Part shown: positions 38,196-49,668 of the stretch, piece after piece | How the letters are laid out: the number at the start of each line of letters is the position of its first letter | Position numbering within the stretch: the stretch's first letter is position 1 | Origin: Novakomyces olei | Lineage: Eukaryota | Length of the DNA stretch: 64,000 nt | Assembly (NCBI GenBank): GCA_016906335.1 | Contig: JADEYG010000003.1 | Location: forward strand, 1,674,001-1,738,000 | Reading direction: 5' to 3' | Notes under the pieces: generated by a model | What the model saw: only the letters and a program-made list of their open reading frames with translations | The model's database searches: none | What the model was told of the DNA's origin: nothing | Program-made: the position numbers and the translations under genes

Positions 38196-40613
38196 ATGCT
38201 GCTGGACGAGGAGCAATCTCGCATTGTGCAAGAGCATCCTCTTGGTGATACACTCGTCGGTTATAGGGGGATGGCTAATCTAGCTTTATCATACTTACAC
38301 CAAGTGCCTAATTTGCCAGCCAGAATTGTCGAGATGAGGACAATAGTCGGAGGCTTATATGGCAAGCTAAAAGAGCACCCGGCGATGTCGAAGCTCATGT
38401 TTGATGGCGAGAGCCTCAGAAAGGTGGCTGAAGCTCAATTCTCGAGGAATGATTATGGGCTCAAGCCCACAGAGCGTCTTTTAAAGGCAGTAGGAGGACA
38501 GCAAGATGACACGGAGATTTGGCTGGGTCTGTGGGAGGCTGTCAGGTCGGATGGAAGGAGTAGCACGCCTGAAGCACGCACTGCTCCCCTTGTGAAAGGC
38601 ACTCCGTACAAGTCAAATAGCACAAGCGGCACCGCAAATTGTAGTGAGTCTCGTTCTACCATAGATGAGCTCCTCCGCCGAGAGCTAGATGATATCTACA
38701 TTGACACGCATCTATTTGAGAGGCACTTTTCAGGCGCAGTGAGGGAGAATGGAACGAGTCTGGAGACACTGTCGCAGAGAGTCTTTGGCAGGCTATGGGC
38801 AGATTCAGCCCGTAGCGGCGTGTGGAAGGGCTGGCCGAAGGAGGCAAACCAAAATGATGTCTTGGAGTGGCTTGAAACGTTTGTGAAGGAGCTCGCAGAG
38901 ACTGCCCTCTTCGAAGGGGTGCCTGTGCAGCGCAAATTGGTGTCGCAGCCCAACAGAGGCATGAGTGGCTTGCCGAAAATCCGAAAATTAGACGTCGGAG
39001 TGGGACGGCTCACATCAAACGAGGGCAGCCTGCACATGAAAGATTTGGTCGTGCCTGGTGAACTAAAACGCAACGTTAAAGACGACAAAACAGTTCAAGT
39101 CTGCGTGGACATAGCAACATACGCTAGGGAGGCCATGGGCCACCAGAATCGTCGATTTGTGCTCACGTTTACATTGTGTGGAACAATGATGAGGATATTC
39201 GAGTTTGATAGGTCGGGGGCAGTTGCTTCAGCCGGGTTTAGTATACACAAGGAAAGTGAAAAGCTAGTGCGCATAATGCTTGGATTCATGGTGATGGACG
39301 ACGAGGCTTTAGGATTTGATCCTTCGATCAAGACAAGACAGAGTGACGGGGTGCAGTACATCAACATAGAGCGTGAAGGAAAAGATGAGACTATTATTCT
39401 TGATGAAGAGGTGGCAAATCATTCTTACGGGATAGCCTGCCGAGGAACAAAAATCTGGAGAGGACACGTGGAACACAACGCTGATCAAACCCTTGTAGTC
39501 AAAGACTCATGGCAGAATCCGAAAAGACCAGAAGAAGGGCAGTACTTGAAATATTTATCAACCAGAAATGTTACAAATGTTGCAAGATACTATCATCATG
39601 AGACGGTAATGATTAGAGGGGTGGCTGACACCACGAAACAAATTCGAGACTGGCAGAGTTCGGAATCAGAGACGGAACAGGGCGAAAGGACATTCATCCG
39701 ACCTCGGTTACGCTCAGGCTTGATACGTCTTGCTGGGAAAGCAACCAGTCTCGGAGGCAGTAGCAAAACTCGCTTCAGTGAGCGCTCCAACACCAGCGAG
39801 CCTGAGTCGAAAAGGCAAAGACTTGGTGTGTCGATGACTAACGAAAGGAGTACAGATGCAAGCACAACTGAAAACCGCGAGCATCGTCGCGTGGTCTTGC
39901 GCGACTTTGGAAAGAGAATATCGAAAGCAAGCAGTCCGAAGGCTTTGTTGGAAGCAATTCTGCAATGTATCAGGGGACACAAGTCATTGCTGGATAATGG
40001 GATTCTTCACCGGGATATTTCGACAGGAAATCTGATGATGAATGAAAAAGATGGAGAGGTGGAGGCATTTATCATCGATCTGGATATGGCGATACGTACA
40101 GATCGAACAGAAGCGTGTGGGGCGAAAGCAAAAACTGGCACGAAAGCTTTCATGTCGATCGCATTGCTGGACGGTCAAGATCATAGCTTTCTACACGATC
40201 TGGAGTCGTTTTTCTGGGTTCTTTATTGGACATGCGTGCACTATGAGCCCGGAGGCGATGGCTGGACGGTAACAGAGTTTGACAAATGGAATGCAGTGTC
40301 TATGCGAGAGCTCGTGAGTTTAAAAGCAGGGCTTATTTTTAATCCTAAAATGTTTGGGTCTGTCACGGAAGAGAGTTTTCAGAGAGGGTACAGGCCGCTT
40401 ATACCGTGTGTGGAGAAACTCCGTGAAGCCATATTTGGCTCTCATTTTGAGAACAAAGTGTTATACGTGCATTCTACATATCTTGAGGGAAAAGGAGAAG
40501 AGCTATACGACGAAATGGGAAAAATCATTAAGGAAAGCATTGCGGAGCTCGAGTTTTCTCCGAGTCAAGGTTCAGAAGGCGACAGAGTAGACAGAAAGAA
40601 GGGAAAAGCATGA
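38196..40613 (+). CDS. Fungal-type (FunK1) protein kinase, intronless
   Basis: Motifs GELK, RRFVLTFT, FDRSG, VVKDSW, LHRDISTGN, IIDLDMA, TGTKAFMSI and HDLESFFWV. Confidence 0.9.
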   Translation: MLLDEEQSRIVQEHPLGDTLVGYRGMANLALSYLHQVPNLPARIVEMRTIVGGLYGKLKEHPAMSKLMFDGESLRKVAEAQFSRNDYGLKPTERLLKAVGGQQDDTEIWLGLWEAVRSDGRSSTPEARTAPLVKGTPYKSNSTSGTANCSESRSTIDELLRRELDDIYIDTHLFERHFSGAVRENGTSLETLSQRVFGRLWADSARSGVWKGWPKEANQNDVLEWLETFVKELAETALFEGVPVQRKLVSQPNRGMSGLPKIRKLDVGVGRLTSNEGSLHMKDLVVPGELKRNVKDDKTVQVCVDIATYAREAMGHQNRRFVLTFTLCGTMMRIFEFDRSGAVASAGFSIHKESEKLVRIMLGFMVMDDEALGFDPSIKTRQSDGVQYINIEREGKDETIILDEEVANHSYGIACRGTKIWRGHVEHNADQTLVVKDSWQNPKRPEEGQYLKYLSTRNVTNVARYYHHETVMIRGVADTTKQIRDWQSSESETEQGERTFIRPRLRSGLIRLAGKATSLGGSSKTRFSERSNTSEPESKRQRLGVSMTNERSTDASTTENREHRRVVLRDFGKRISKASSPKALLEAILQCIRGHKSLLDNGILHRDISTGNLMMNEKDGEVEAFIIDLDMAIRTDRTEACGAKAKTGTKAFMSIALLDGQDHSFLHDLESFFWVLYWTCVHYEPGGDGWTVTEFDKWNAVSMRELVSLKAGLIFNPKMFGSVTEESFQRGYRPLIPCVEKLREAIFGSHFENKVLYVHSTYLEGKGEELYDEMGKIIKESIAELEFSPSQGSEGDRVDRKKGKA

Positions 40614-41200
40614 ACTATAGCTTAAGCAGGCGCATTTAAATAGCATTTTAACAGATAGAATCATTTGTACAACCCGTCTACAAAACAAGCTTAACAACGT
40701 TTTAGGTTTCTTGTGTCCGTCATCAAGCATCCGATGACGCCTTCCTGCTCCCAATACCGATCGGTTGCGCTGGCAGTGTTGCTTGCGAATACAGGTCGAC
40801 TTGAGCTGTTGTGTCTAGCCACCATTTAATGTATAGTATAATAATTTATAGTATGATAATTGTTGAACTATGTTGATTATTTTCCACCTGCTTTATTTTA
40901 GAGGTAGATTTTGCTTCCCAGTGCTTCTGAAAATAAACCATGTTGTTTACCATTGCAAAATCTAAAATCTGTTTAGATTGTGTTCCACTTGTGGGACATT
41001 GCGGAACTATTATTCCTCGTTTCCTTATCAATATTATTCCGCATTATCGGAGACGGACGGCTTGAGACGGCTATTGGCCAACCCCCTATGGATCTGGCAT
41101 AAATAAATATGAACAATGGTTATTCTATGCTATATTAACATGACGAGACAGTCTCGGGAACGAATTGCTTTTCGAAAAAGGCAAGAGCTTTTTGAACAAA

Positions 41201-41833
41201 TTAGGGTTAGTTACTAATGGTGAAATTTAGGTAGGGTTGGGCAAAAACTTAGGGAAAATTTTTCGAGGTAGGAAATTTGAGATGCGATTCTTATGCGGAA
41301 GCTTTGTATGGAGGTTGCTACGCGTCCAGTTATTTGTTGTGTAAACAAACAATGAGCGTTGCTATAAACAATGGTTTCCTTGGCAACGTATTGCTTATAG
41401 CTTGACGAAGACGCATCGTAAGCACCATTGACGGCAAGGGTAGGGTTGTTGGATTTATAAAATATAATTATTATACAATATGGGCTGCACATATTATAGT
41501 TATCTGATAATATAATATAAATATTATAGAGAGAGCACCATAGTAATAGAGTATAATAAGAAATACGTCAGAAAAATAAGAAAAATTAAGAGTGTGTAGT
41601 CCATGTGTAGAGGTGACAAAACATCGAAAGAACAAGCGTTTTTACAAAAAGTGTATGGTTGGATAGAGGGGAGCAGTAGGAGTGTAAATATATATTTGTT
41701 TACAAGATTGGATTAGTAGGTATAAAGATATAGGGCTTTAAAGATTCATAAAAAGCTCATGATGCCCCAGGATGTATTTTATGGGTCGTGTCTATTGTAA
41801 TAATTTATTGTAAAGTAATGTATGTATAATAAT
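41201..41833 (+). repeat. ~620-bp dispersed repeat 'R', copy 1, headed by TTAGGGTTAG
   Basis: 41211-41833 aligns to 50408-51030 with roughly ten substitutions by eye. Confidence 0.92.
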
Positions 41834-41860
41834 CTCCATTAACGGAAATAATTTACAACA

Positions 41861-43408
41861 ATGTCTGGAGCTAGTGGAAGAGCGATTAAGAACATAGCTC
41901 CCGAGTTGAGAAGTCCAAGGTCGACGAGAAGAGTCTCTTCGAAAGGAGAAGGTGAAGTTGAAGGTCTAGCAGAAACACCGAGTCTTCAGAAACTAGAGGG
42001 AGACGATGATGACGATGAAAACCCATTATCCCAAGATGTTCGGGAACTGAAACAAACATTAAAGGAGCAGAGTGAAGCTATCATTGCTCTTACTCAGCTT
42101 ATGAACGAATTAACGCAAGGGCGCAATATTCAAAGCGAAGGCACGAAACACGTACCGGCCAGAGGAGAAGGTACAGTGAGTGAGGAGATGCTCAGTGCGA
42201 CCGATAGGGCCAGTGTGCGAGAGTTAGCAGCCAGTTTAGCTGAACAGCAGCTCAAATTTACCGGGCAGTACGGAGAATCTGTGTCAAAGTTTTTGAGACT
42301 AGTAAGAATGACAGCGAGAACAATGGGTGTCAGAGAGGATCTAATCCCCCGCGCGGCCTGGAGCAGGTTGAAGGGAATGGCAGAAACATGGCTACTGTCT
42401 ACCTACGAGAGACATCCAATTATTTTATCAAATATGCCAGAATTCGAGGCGGCATTGAAAGAAGACTTCATAGAGCCTGACACTCGCTATGAAAGCGAAA
42501 AGGAGCTGCATCGGCTCATTGCAAGCCGATTACCAATGCGTGAATATACAGCACGTTTTATGGATCTGATTCGCGAGTGTGATTTGGACGATGGTCCACA
42601 ATTGGCAGAAACTTATCGTGCAGGATTGCAACCATTCGTTGCACGAACTCTGAACAAAGGCTTCACAAACTTGCAAGAAATTGTGGCGGCAGCAAGTCCC
42701 TATGAGCACTTTATGGGAAACAATTACCAGTCAAATACGAAAAGGCAGACACCTAGCTATCGACGGAATGAGTACACAAGCTACAGAACAGAGCGCCCCA
42801 GAGAAGTTAGGGGATATCAAGCGAATGATAAAGGAAATAATTATTCACAGACAGACCGTTCTAAAACAATGAATCCGGCGATAACGTGCTATCAATGCGG
42901 TGAAAAAGGACACATTGCAACGGCATGTCCCGAAAGGAAAATAAAATTGTTCCAAGCTAGTCAGGACAAGCCTTCTGGACTGGGCAAAGAAGATGATCTG
43001 ACCAAGGAAGAAGAAGCGAAAATCATGAATATGGACATGGAAAACATTACGAAAATAGAGCAGCTCGAAACTATTGATATCACGTTGGATACAAACGGAC
43101 ATCCCACGTATGCGGCCGTCATAGATACAGGGGCTACGGTCAATGCTATATCAAAAAAGGTGGCATATACAACGGGGTTGGATATTATAGAAGATCCAAC
43201 TATATGGATTTCTAATATAGCGGGTTACAAAACCAAAGGCAAGTACCTAAACTTAAGGTTTAACGTTAATGATGCGAACTTTACCGCACGTTTCTACGTC
43301 ATTGACATGGGACCGGAAATTATATTGGGTATCGGATGGGTGAAAAGGTATCCAAAGTGCCTAGAGAAGATTGCAAATGGGCAGATAAATATGGTCGTTT
43401 CCGAACTT
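41861..43408 (+). pseudogene. Truncated Ty3/Gypsy gag-protease ORF
   Basis: Capsid-like region, zinc knuckle CYQCGEKGHIATAC and protease VIDTGA...ILG. It runs into AT-rich LTR-like DNA before RT, and no 5' LTR is seen. Confidence 0.85.
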
Positions 43409-44003
43409 TGTTGTCTTTATTTAATATTGAATATTTATTTAAATATTTACTTATTATTTATTATTTATTGACTATTATTGTTCTGACTGCTTTTACTTGT
43501 TAGTTTGTTTAATCGTTTAAGTAGTTAGTGTTTCTAGAATATTCTACGTAGCGAGGATATAAATAGAGGTCCTGCTTCTACTTTTCTCGCTACGTGTAAT
43601 CGAACTTTGGGGAGACCCAATCTTTTAAACCCAGTTCTACTTAATTTCATCATAGTTGTTATAACTGGAAGTAACTCACTGTTATAACTCTTTAGATTAA
43701 TTGAATCTACTCTTAAACTATGGAAAACCTTGTCCTTTTATAGACTTCAAGGCTCAGCTCTTATCTCAGAGATAGGATCAAGACTTTCCTATCAATTAGT
43801 AATCAGATAGGATCAGAAGTAACCGATCAATTAGTAATCACCTTATCATTGATAGGTTACAGATACCCGATCAGTGGCGTGATTTAATGATTAGTAATTA
43901 AATATTCCTCCAAATCGGTTAAATTCCGTATTTGGAGTGAATTAATTTAATTTAATTATGTCATTTTAAATTTAAATTTTACTATCTACACTATGGCCTA
44001 ACA
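43409..44003 (-). mobile_element. LTR-like segment (3' LTR of the degenerate chromovirus; left boundary tentative)
   Basis: On the minus strand, PPT GGGGGAGGA is followed by TGTTAGG at 44003. Internal tandem repeats (GATAGGATCA, ATCAATTAGTAATCA). Possible TG at 43409. Confidence 0.55.
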
Positions 44004-44446
44004 TCCTCCCCCACTAATTCGAATGTGTCGAATTGTAGTTGTTCAGCAGGTTGGTTGAGTTAGCCAAGTGAGATTTAGGTTCCCATGTATCGTCTTCAGG
44101 TCCATAGCCTTCCCAGCGGATTCGGTATAATAGCTTATACCCCTGTTTCGGTGTATTGGATTTTTTAGACCCTTTGAACCATCCATGGTCAACGATTTGT
44201 TGGATCAAATATAGTTCTGTGTTGTCTTTGTAGCGTCGCAGAGCTTTAGGCTTAGGTTGTTCTCTGGTGTTGTGACTGTTCATTGGATGATGTTTCTTTA
44301 ATTGAGAAATGTGAACAACGGGATGATATTTTATTGATGTTGGTAGTTCCAATTCATATGAAACAGGACTGATTTTTTGAATAATTTTGAATGGACCAAT
44401 GTATTTTGATTGTAATTTTCGTGTGAGAACATCGTGGAATAGCTCC

Positions 44447-44743
44447 TGTCAGTGCGTGTCACAGGCGAACCTCGACGCCTGAGTACAACTGCTTAATTGC
44501 ACGCCGCTTATCGTAACGGCTAGCGGGAAAAAGGAGAATACAATAGAATAATTGCACAACAGTTATATTCACTAGTTGGCTAAGCGTAAGTAAAGTAGAT
44601 ACCAGAAGGCCCTACTTATACTTCCGCTTAGCGTTCTAAATTACTAAGCAAAACTATCTAGAATATTCTATACTAAAAACTAATGCCTGCACACTAATTG
44701 CACGAGTGCAACTTCTGTGCCAGGCACATGTCAGCTCCTGACA
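44447..44743 (-). repeat. 3' LTR of element A
   Basis: Matches 49372-49668; TGTCAG...CTGACA termini. Confidence 0.95.
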
Positions 44744-44822
44744 TTACCCCCCCTTCAAAGGTTAAAACGTCCTGCAATAGATGTAGTACTATGTGCAGTG
44801 TAAGGCATGTATATGTGTTTTT

Positions 44823-44947
<125 letters not shown>

Positions 44948-45240
44948 TTTGCCTTTATGTATATATATATATTGTATATATATATAATACTCAAGTAATA
45001 AAGTAAGCACAATAGTATATATATATAATACTGACACATAGTATGTATATATATATATATATATGAATAATGCTCAAGTAGTAAAGTAAGCACACATAGT
45101 ATATATATATAATACTAGGGCAATAGAATAAGGACACGTATAGGTAAGAATTAAATAAGATCTAAAGAACAAATAAAGAAATACGTGAGTTCATGAGCGT
45201 AGTTTTCTGTTGTAGTCGTCTAAGGTTTCTTGCGCGTTTG

Positions 45241-48200
45241 TCAAGTTGGCTGCGCTTTCCCATGTTCTGTCCTCTTCATTGTAGCCTTTCCAGTGGACGA
45301 GGTAGCGTTTGCCAGCTCCTCGTCCGCGATGTCCGCATATATATTCGACCTCGTACTCTTTGAGATCGTGTATATATCCGGTACTGTAGTCTCCGTATGA
45401 TCTCTGTTAAATCGGTCGCCTTTGCTCAATTCTAATTGTGATTCGTTGAAGACATTATGTATTTGGATATTCGTAGGTAAGTCGACGCGATAAGCTGACA
45501 CGCCAATTCTTTCAACAATCTTAAATGGCCCAATTCTTTTGTGATCGAGCTTGGGACTCGGTCGGTCGCTATTGATGTATTTAGGTTGTATCCAAACAAA
45601 ATCTCCAACGCTATATTCTCGTCCGATTCGTCTCTTTCGATTGTAGTAAATTGCCATACGTTTGTTGGCTGTGTCCAGCGCTTCTCGGATTCCTTTAAAG
45701 ACCTCGTTCCAATTCTTCAAACAGTTGTCGGCAGCGGGGGTTTGTGTTTCCCTGTTGCCCACTGTAAACGTTGTGGGATGGAAGCCGTAATTTGCATAAA
45801 ATGGGGACAATTTTGTACTGGCGTTCACCGCATTATTTAAGGCAAATTCTGCAAATGGCAACAGGTCGACCCAATTGTCCTGGTTGTAGTTGGCGTAGCA
45901 TCGTAAGTACTGTTCCAAGGACTGATTCGTTCGTTCCGTTTGTCCGTTGGTCTGCGGGTGGTGACTAGTTGACTGGCATAGCTTGATTCCGAGTCCTGTA
46001 GTCAGACCCTTCCAAAAATGACTTACAAACCTCGGGTCTCTGTCGGAAATAATTTCTTTGGGCAGTCCGTGGTACCTAAACACGTGCTGTATAAACAACT
46101 GTGCGGTTCCCTGTGCTGTGATCCTAGTATCACATGGGATCAAATGGCACATTTTTGTCAAACGGTCCACAACCACTAAAATAGAATCCTGGTTCTTCGA
46201 TTTCGGTAGCTGCACTATGAAATCAATAGACACTGATTCCCACGGTTTTTCTGGTATTTGCAGGGAATGCAATTCTCCTGACGGTGATCTTCTCGGTACT
46301 TTATTTCTCTTGCAGGTGGGGCACCCCTGTATATAATCCTCCACGTCCTTTCGTAGGCCTGGCCATTCATAGTGGCGTTTGATTAACTCCAATGTTCGCG
46401 ACGATCCGAAGTGTCCCGCCAGCGGGTGATCGTGGTGGTCGCTCAATATCCTTTTTCTCTCTTCTTCAGTGGGTACAGTGCTTGTTGCTGCTTCCAACTG
46501 ATTCACGAATATCTCGGGTTTTAGTAATATCTGCTCCTGGTGTTTTCGGTATGGTTCTGTAGATAAGTCGTTCAAATCTGGTCTCCGGCTAAGTGCGTCG
46601 GCTGCACCGTTAAATTGCCCCTTGCGGTATGTAATATTAATGTCATAGTCGGCAAGCAGTTCCGACCATCGGGCTTGCCGCCTAGTGAGCTGTTTCGTGG
46701 TAGTAAAGGGGATTAAATTCTTGTGGTCCGTATAGATCAATGTTGGCTGTTTTTGCCCTTGTACGTAGTGTCTCCATGTTCTAAGGGCCCAGATAATGGC
46801 TAGCAGCTCTTTATCATGAATATCATAGTTTATTTCGGCCATGCTCAGCTTTCGGCTGATAAATGATATTGGCTTGAGTCCTTCAGGAGTAATTTGCGTG
46901 AGCACTGCTCCCAGCGCAAAATCGGAAGCATCTGTCTCGATGATGCATTGCTTCTCGGGGTCGTAGTGGTCCAATAGAACGTTCTTTTCAAATTGCAATT
47001 TTAGTGTACGAAACGCATCTTCTTGCACAGTCGTCCATTCAAATGGTTTGTTCTTTGATAAAAGAGCCGTGAGTGGTCGTGCTAGCTTCGAGAATCCTTG
47101 TATGAAGCGTCTGTAATAGTTACAAAGTCCCAAGAAACTCTGTACGTCGTGGATTGATTTCAACTTCGGCCATTTGCGGATTGTTTCTGTTTTATCTTGG
47201 CTCATACTAACTCCCTTAGTCGATATTGCATAGCCCAAAAATTCAACCTGTTCTTTGTGAAACTCACACTTTTCTCCCTTGACACAAAGTCCTCGCCTTT
47301 GAAGTCGTCCCAGCACTTCTTTGACGTCTTCGGTATGTTCCTCCAATGACTTTGAGTAAATAAGAACATCGTCCAGGTAAACTAGGACCTTTCGGTCTAG
47401 GATATCGCGGAACACATCGTTCATCAAATCCTGGAAGGTGGCCGGCGCATTAGTCAATCCAAAGGGCATTACTAAATACTCAAAGTGTCCGAAACGCGTC
47501 CGAAACGCTGTTTTCCACTCGTCGCCACGCTTTATCCTCACCAAGTTATACGCTCCTCTCAAATCGAGTTTTGTAAAATACTGAGATCCTGCGATCTTGT
47601 CGATTAGGTCATCGATTCTTGGTAACGGATACTTGTTTTTGATTGTAATCGCATTCAATTGGCGATAATCCACGCAAAGTCTCAGACTTCCGTCCTTCTT
47701 TTTAACGAATAGTATCGGGGCCCCAGCAGGTGATTTAGACCTGCGTATGAATCCTCTCGCAAGATTCTTTTCAATGTATTCTCTCAGTTCTTCTTGTTCT
47801 TCGTGGCTAATGCTGTAAATTGGCCCAAAGGGTATCTGGGCTCCTTCGACCAGCCTTATCTCGTGGTCGTATAATCCATGTTCAGGAAGCGAATCTGCCT
47901 TTTCTTTAGCAAATATTTCCTTGTAGTCCTTGTATTCTTCCGGGATATCGTCTTGCTTTTCTCTTGTTTCCGTAAGATTTATTTCCAACATCTCCTCTGT
48001 ACTTTCGTCCTCTTTGAACGACATTGCTCCTTTTCTCCAATCAATCGAAGGGTTGTTGTCGTGCAACCACTGTATACCAAGAATGATATCATGACGCCCG
48101 ATATCGGCCATGTAGAATTTTGTAGGCATAAGACGGTCGTCTATTATCAAAGAAAGGTCTCCCGTTGTAAGTATGACAGGTCCTCCTGGCAATGGCCGTC

Positions 48201-48405
48201 CGTCCACCACCTGTACAAAGATTGGCTCTTTGATTTGCTTCATGTCGATGTTTAGTTTATTGACAACCCGCGGGTTAATAAAGTTCAGGTGTGCACCAGA
48301 GTCCACCAATGCTCTGAAACTTATTCCGCACAGTTCGGCTGTCACCTCAATTTGTTTGTTGTCCTTTCTGATGGGTTTCTCGTCATTTGTGCCCAATGCA
48401 GCCAT
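45241..48405 (-). CDS. pol: Element A pol (protease, RT, RNase H, integrase); chromodomain out of frame
   Basis: Motifs LVDSGA, YLDDVL, TDASD, HDHPLAGH...C..C, SDRD and IGPF. The chromodomain is in another frame and ends at 45191. Confidence 0.93.
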   Translation of the reverse strand: MAALGTNDEKPIRKDNKQIEVTAELCGISFRALVDSGAHLNFINPRVVNKLNIDMKQIKEPIFVQVVDGRPLPGGPVILTTGDLSLIIDDRLMPTKFYMADIGRHDIILGIQWLHDNNPSIDWRKGAMSFKEDESTEEMLEINLTETREKQDDIPEEYKDYKEIFAKEKADSLPEHGLYDHEIRLVEGAQIPFGPIYSISHEEQEELREYIEKNLARGFIRRSKSPAGAPILFVKKKDGSLRLCVDYRQLNAITIKNKYPLPRIDDLIDKIAGSQYFTKLDLRGAYNLVRIKRGDEWKTAFRTRFGHFEYLVMPFGLTNAPATFQDLMNDVFRDILDRKVLVYLDDVLIYSKSLEEHTEDVKEVLGRLQRRGLCVKGEKCEFHKEQVEFLGYAISTKGVSMSQDKTETIRKWPKLKSIHDVQSFLGLCNYYRRFIQGFSKLARPLTALLSKNKPFEWTTVQEDAFRTLKLQFEKNVLLDHYDPEKQCIIETDASDFALGAVLTQITPEGLKPISFISRKLSMAEINYDIHDKELLAIIWALRTWRHYVQGQKQPTLIYTDHKNLIPFTTTKQLTRRQARWSELLADYDINITYRKGQFNGAADALSRRPDLNDLSTEPYRKHQEQILLKPEIFVNQLEAATSTVPTEEERKRILSDHHDHPLAGHFGSSRTLELIKRHYEWPGLRKDVEDYIQGCPTCKRNKVPRRSPSGELHSLQIPEKPWESVSIDFIVQLPKSKNQDSILVVVDRLTKMCHLIPCDTRITAQGTAQLFIQHVFRYHGLPKEIISDRDPRFVSHFWKGLTTGLGIKLCQSTSHHPQTNGQTERTNQSLEQYLRCYANYNQDNWVDLLPFAEFALNNAVNASTKLSPFYANYGFHPTTFTVGNRETQTPAADNCLKNWNEVFKGIREALDTANKRMAIYYNRKRRIGREYSVGDFVWIQPKYINSDRPSPKLDHKRIGPFKIVERIGVSAYRVDLPTNIQIHNVFNESQLELSKGDRFNRDHTETTVPDIYTISKSTRSNIYADIADEELANATSSTGKATMKRTEHGKAQPT

Positions 48406-48413
48406 CTCCTGGA

Positions 48414-49319
48414 TTAGGCGTTTGCTTTTTCCGAGTCGTCCCTTGTTTCAAATTTCTTCGTTGTTCCAGTCCGCGTCTCTTCGCGGCAATGCTTTGCTAT
48501 ATGCCCCTTTTTGTGGCATCTATAGCACTCGACAGGCTTTTCGTGCTTGAACTTTCTCTCGCCGTCTCTTGACAATGTCGGTGTTCTCATAACGTCGATT
48601 TCCATTGGCATCTCTCTTGTTCCCGGCGATGGTTCTCTTCTGTAGATTCTGGCTCGGTCGCGGTTTCTCTCAAACAGCCTGTTGTCGATTCTAATGCTCA
48701 CATCGACAAGGGCTTTCAAATCTCTAGGCGATTCTGCTCGTGCCAGTTCATCCTTGACACTGTCCTTAAGGCCCTCATAATACTGCGCTGCTAGAGCCTC
48801 GTCGTTCCACGCAAGAAAGGCGCTCAGTCTTTCAAATTCAGCTGCATAATGCGATGCTGAGCTTTTTTGTTTCAACTGCCTAAGCTGTCTCTGTGCCGTT
48901 CGCTTCATGTCTCTATCTCCGAACATGCGTTGTAGCTCGTTGCAAAACAGCGAAAAATCGTCGAGTAGTTCTCCATCCTCTCGCAAAATATGCGGCTCCC
49001 ACCAACGAAAAGCGGCCCCACGCAAGTACGATGCTGCAAACAGAACCTTTTGTCTCTCGGTCGTGTATCTTTCTCTCTGCACATCGGTTATCATTTTCGT
49101 CTGCATGATAAATTCATTCAGTTTCCCTCGCTCTCCGGAAAATAATGGCGGAGGCGCCATCTTCGGCTCGCGGCCGGCAGACACACGTGTGCTGTTCTCA
49201 TCACTAGTCACTCTTGCTAGTCTCTCCGTCAGCGCTGTGTTCTTTTGTTCCAAGAACTTCAGCCTGTCGGTCACTTGTGAGCAAAACTTTTGTAACTCCT
49301 CCATACTCGCGGGGTCCAT
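48414..49319 (-). CDS. gag: Element A gag
   Basis: Motifs PPPLFSGER, ASYLRGAAFRWW, PMEID and zinc knuckle CYRCHKKGHIAKHC. Confidence 0.92.
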   Translation of the reverse strand: MDPASMEELQKFCSQVTDRLKFLEQKNTALTERLARVTSDENSTRVSAGREPKMAPPPLFSGERGKLNEFIMQTKMITDVQRERYTTERQKVLFAASYLRGAAFRWWEPHILREDGELLDDFSLFCNELQRMFGDRDMKRTAQRQLRQLKQKSSASHYAAEFERLSAFLAWNDEALAAQYYEGLKDSVKDELARAESPRDLKALVDVSIRIDNRLFERNRDRARIYRREPSPGTREMPMEIDVMRTPTLSRDGERKFKHEKPVECYRCHKKGHIAKHCREETRTGTTKKFETRDDSEKANA

Positions 49320-49371
49320 CGTTCCCACCGTAAATGTTCTTCCTAGTCCCACTAAAACGGACGCTTAGCAC

Positions 49372-49668
49372 TGTCAGTGCGTGTCACAGGCGAACCTCGA
49401 CGCCTGAGTACAACTGCTTAATTGCACGCCGCTTATCGTAACGGCTAGCGGGAAAAAGGAGAATACAATAGAATAATTGCACAACAGTTATATTCACTAG
49501 TTGGCTAAGCGTAAGTAAAGTAGATACCAGAAGGCCCTACTTATACTTCCGCTTAGCGTTCTAAATTACTAAGCAAAACTATCTAGAATATTCTATACTA
49601 AAAACTAATGCCTGCACACTAATTGCACGAGTGCAACTTCTGTGCCAGGCACATGTCAGCTCCTGACA
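49372..49668 (-). repeat. 5' LTR of element A
   Basis: Matches 44447-44743. Confidence 0.95.

Noticed and set aside
41214-41492. 92-aa ORF duplicated at 50411..50689
   Set aside because: Lies within repeat R, has no domain, and its conservation is explained by recent duplication.
44442-44451. TSD GCTCC resembles the LTR's own end (CAGCTCCTGACA)
   Set aside because: A single short match; chance cannot be excluded without more insertion sites.
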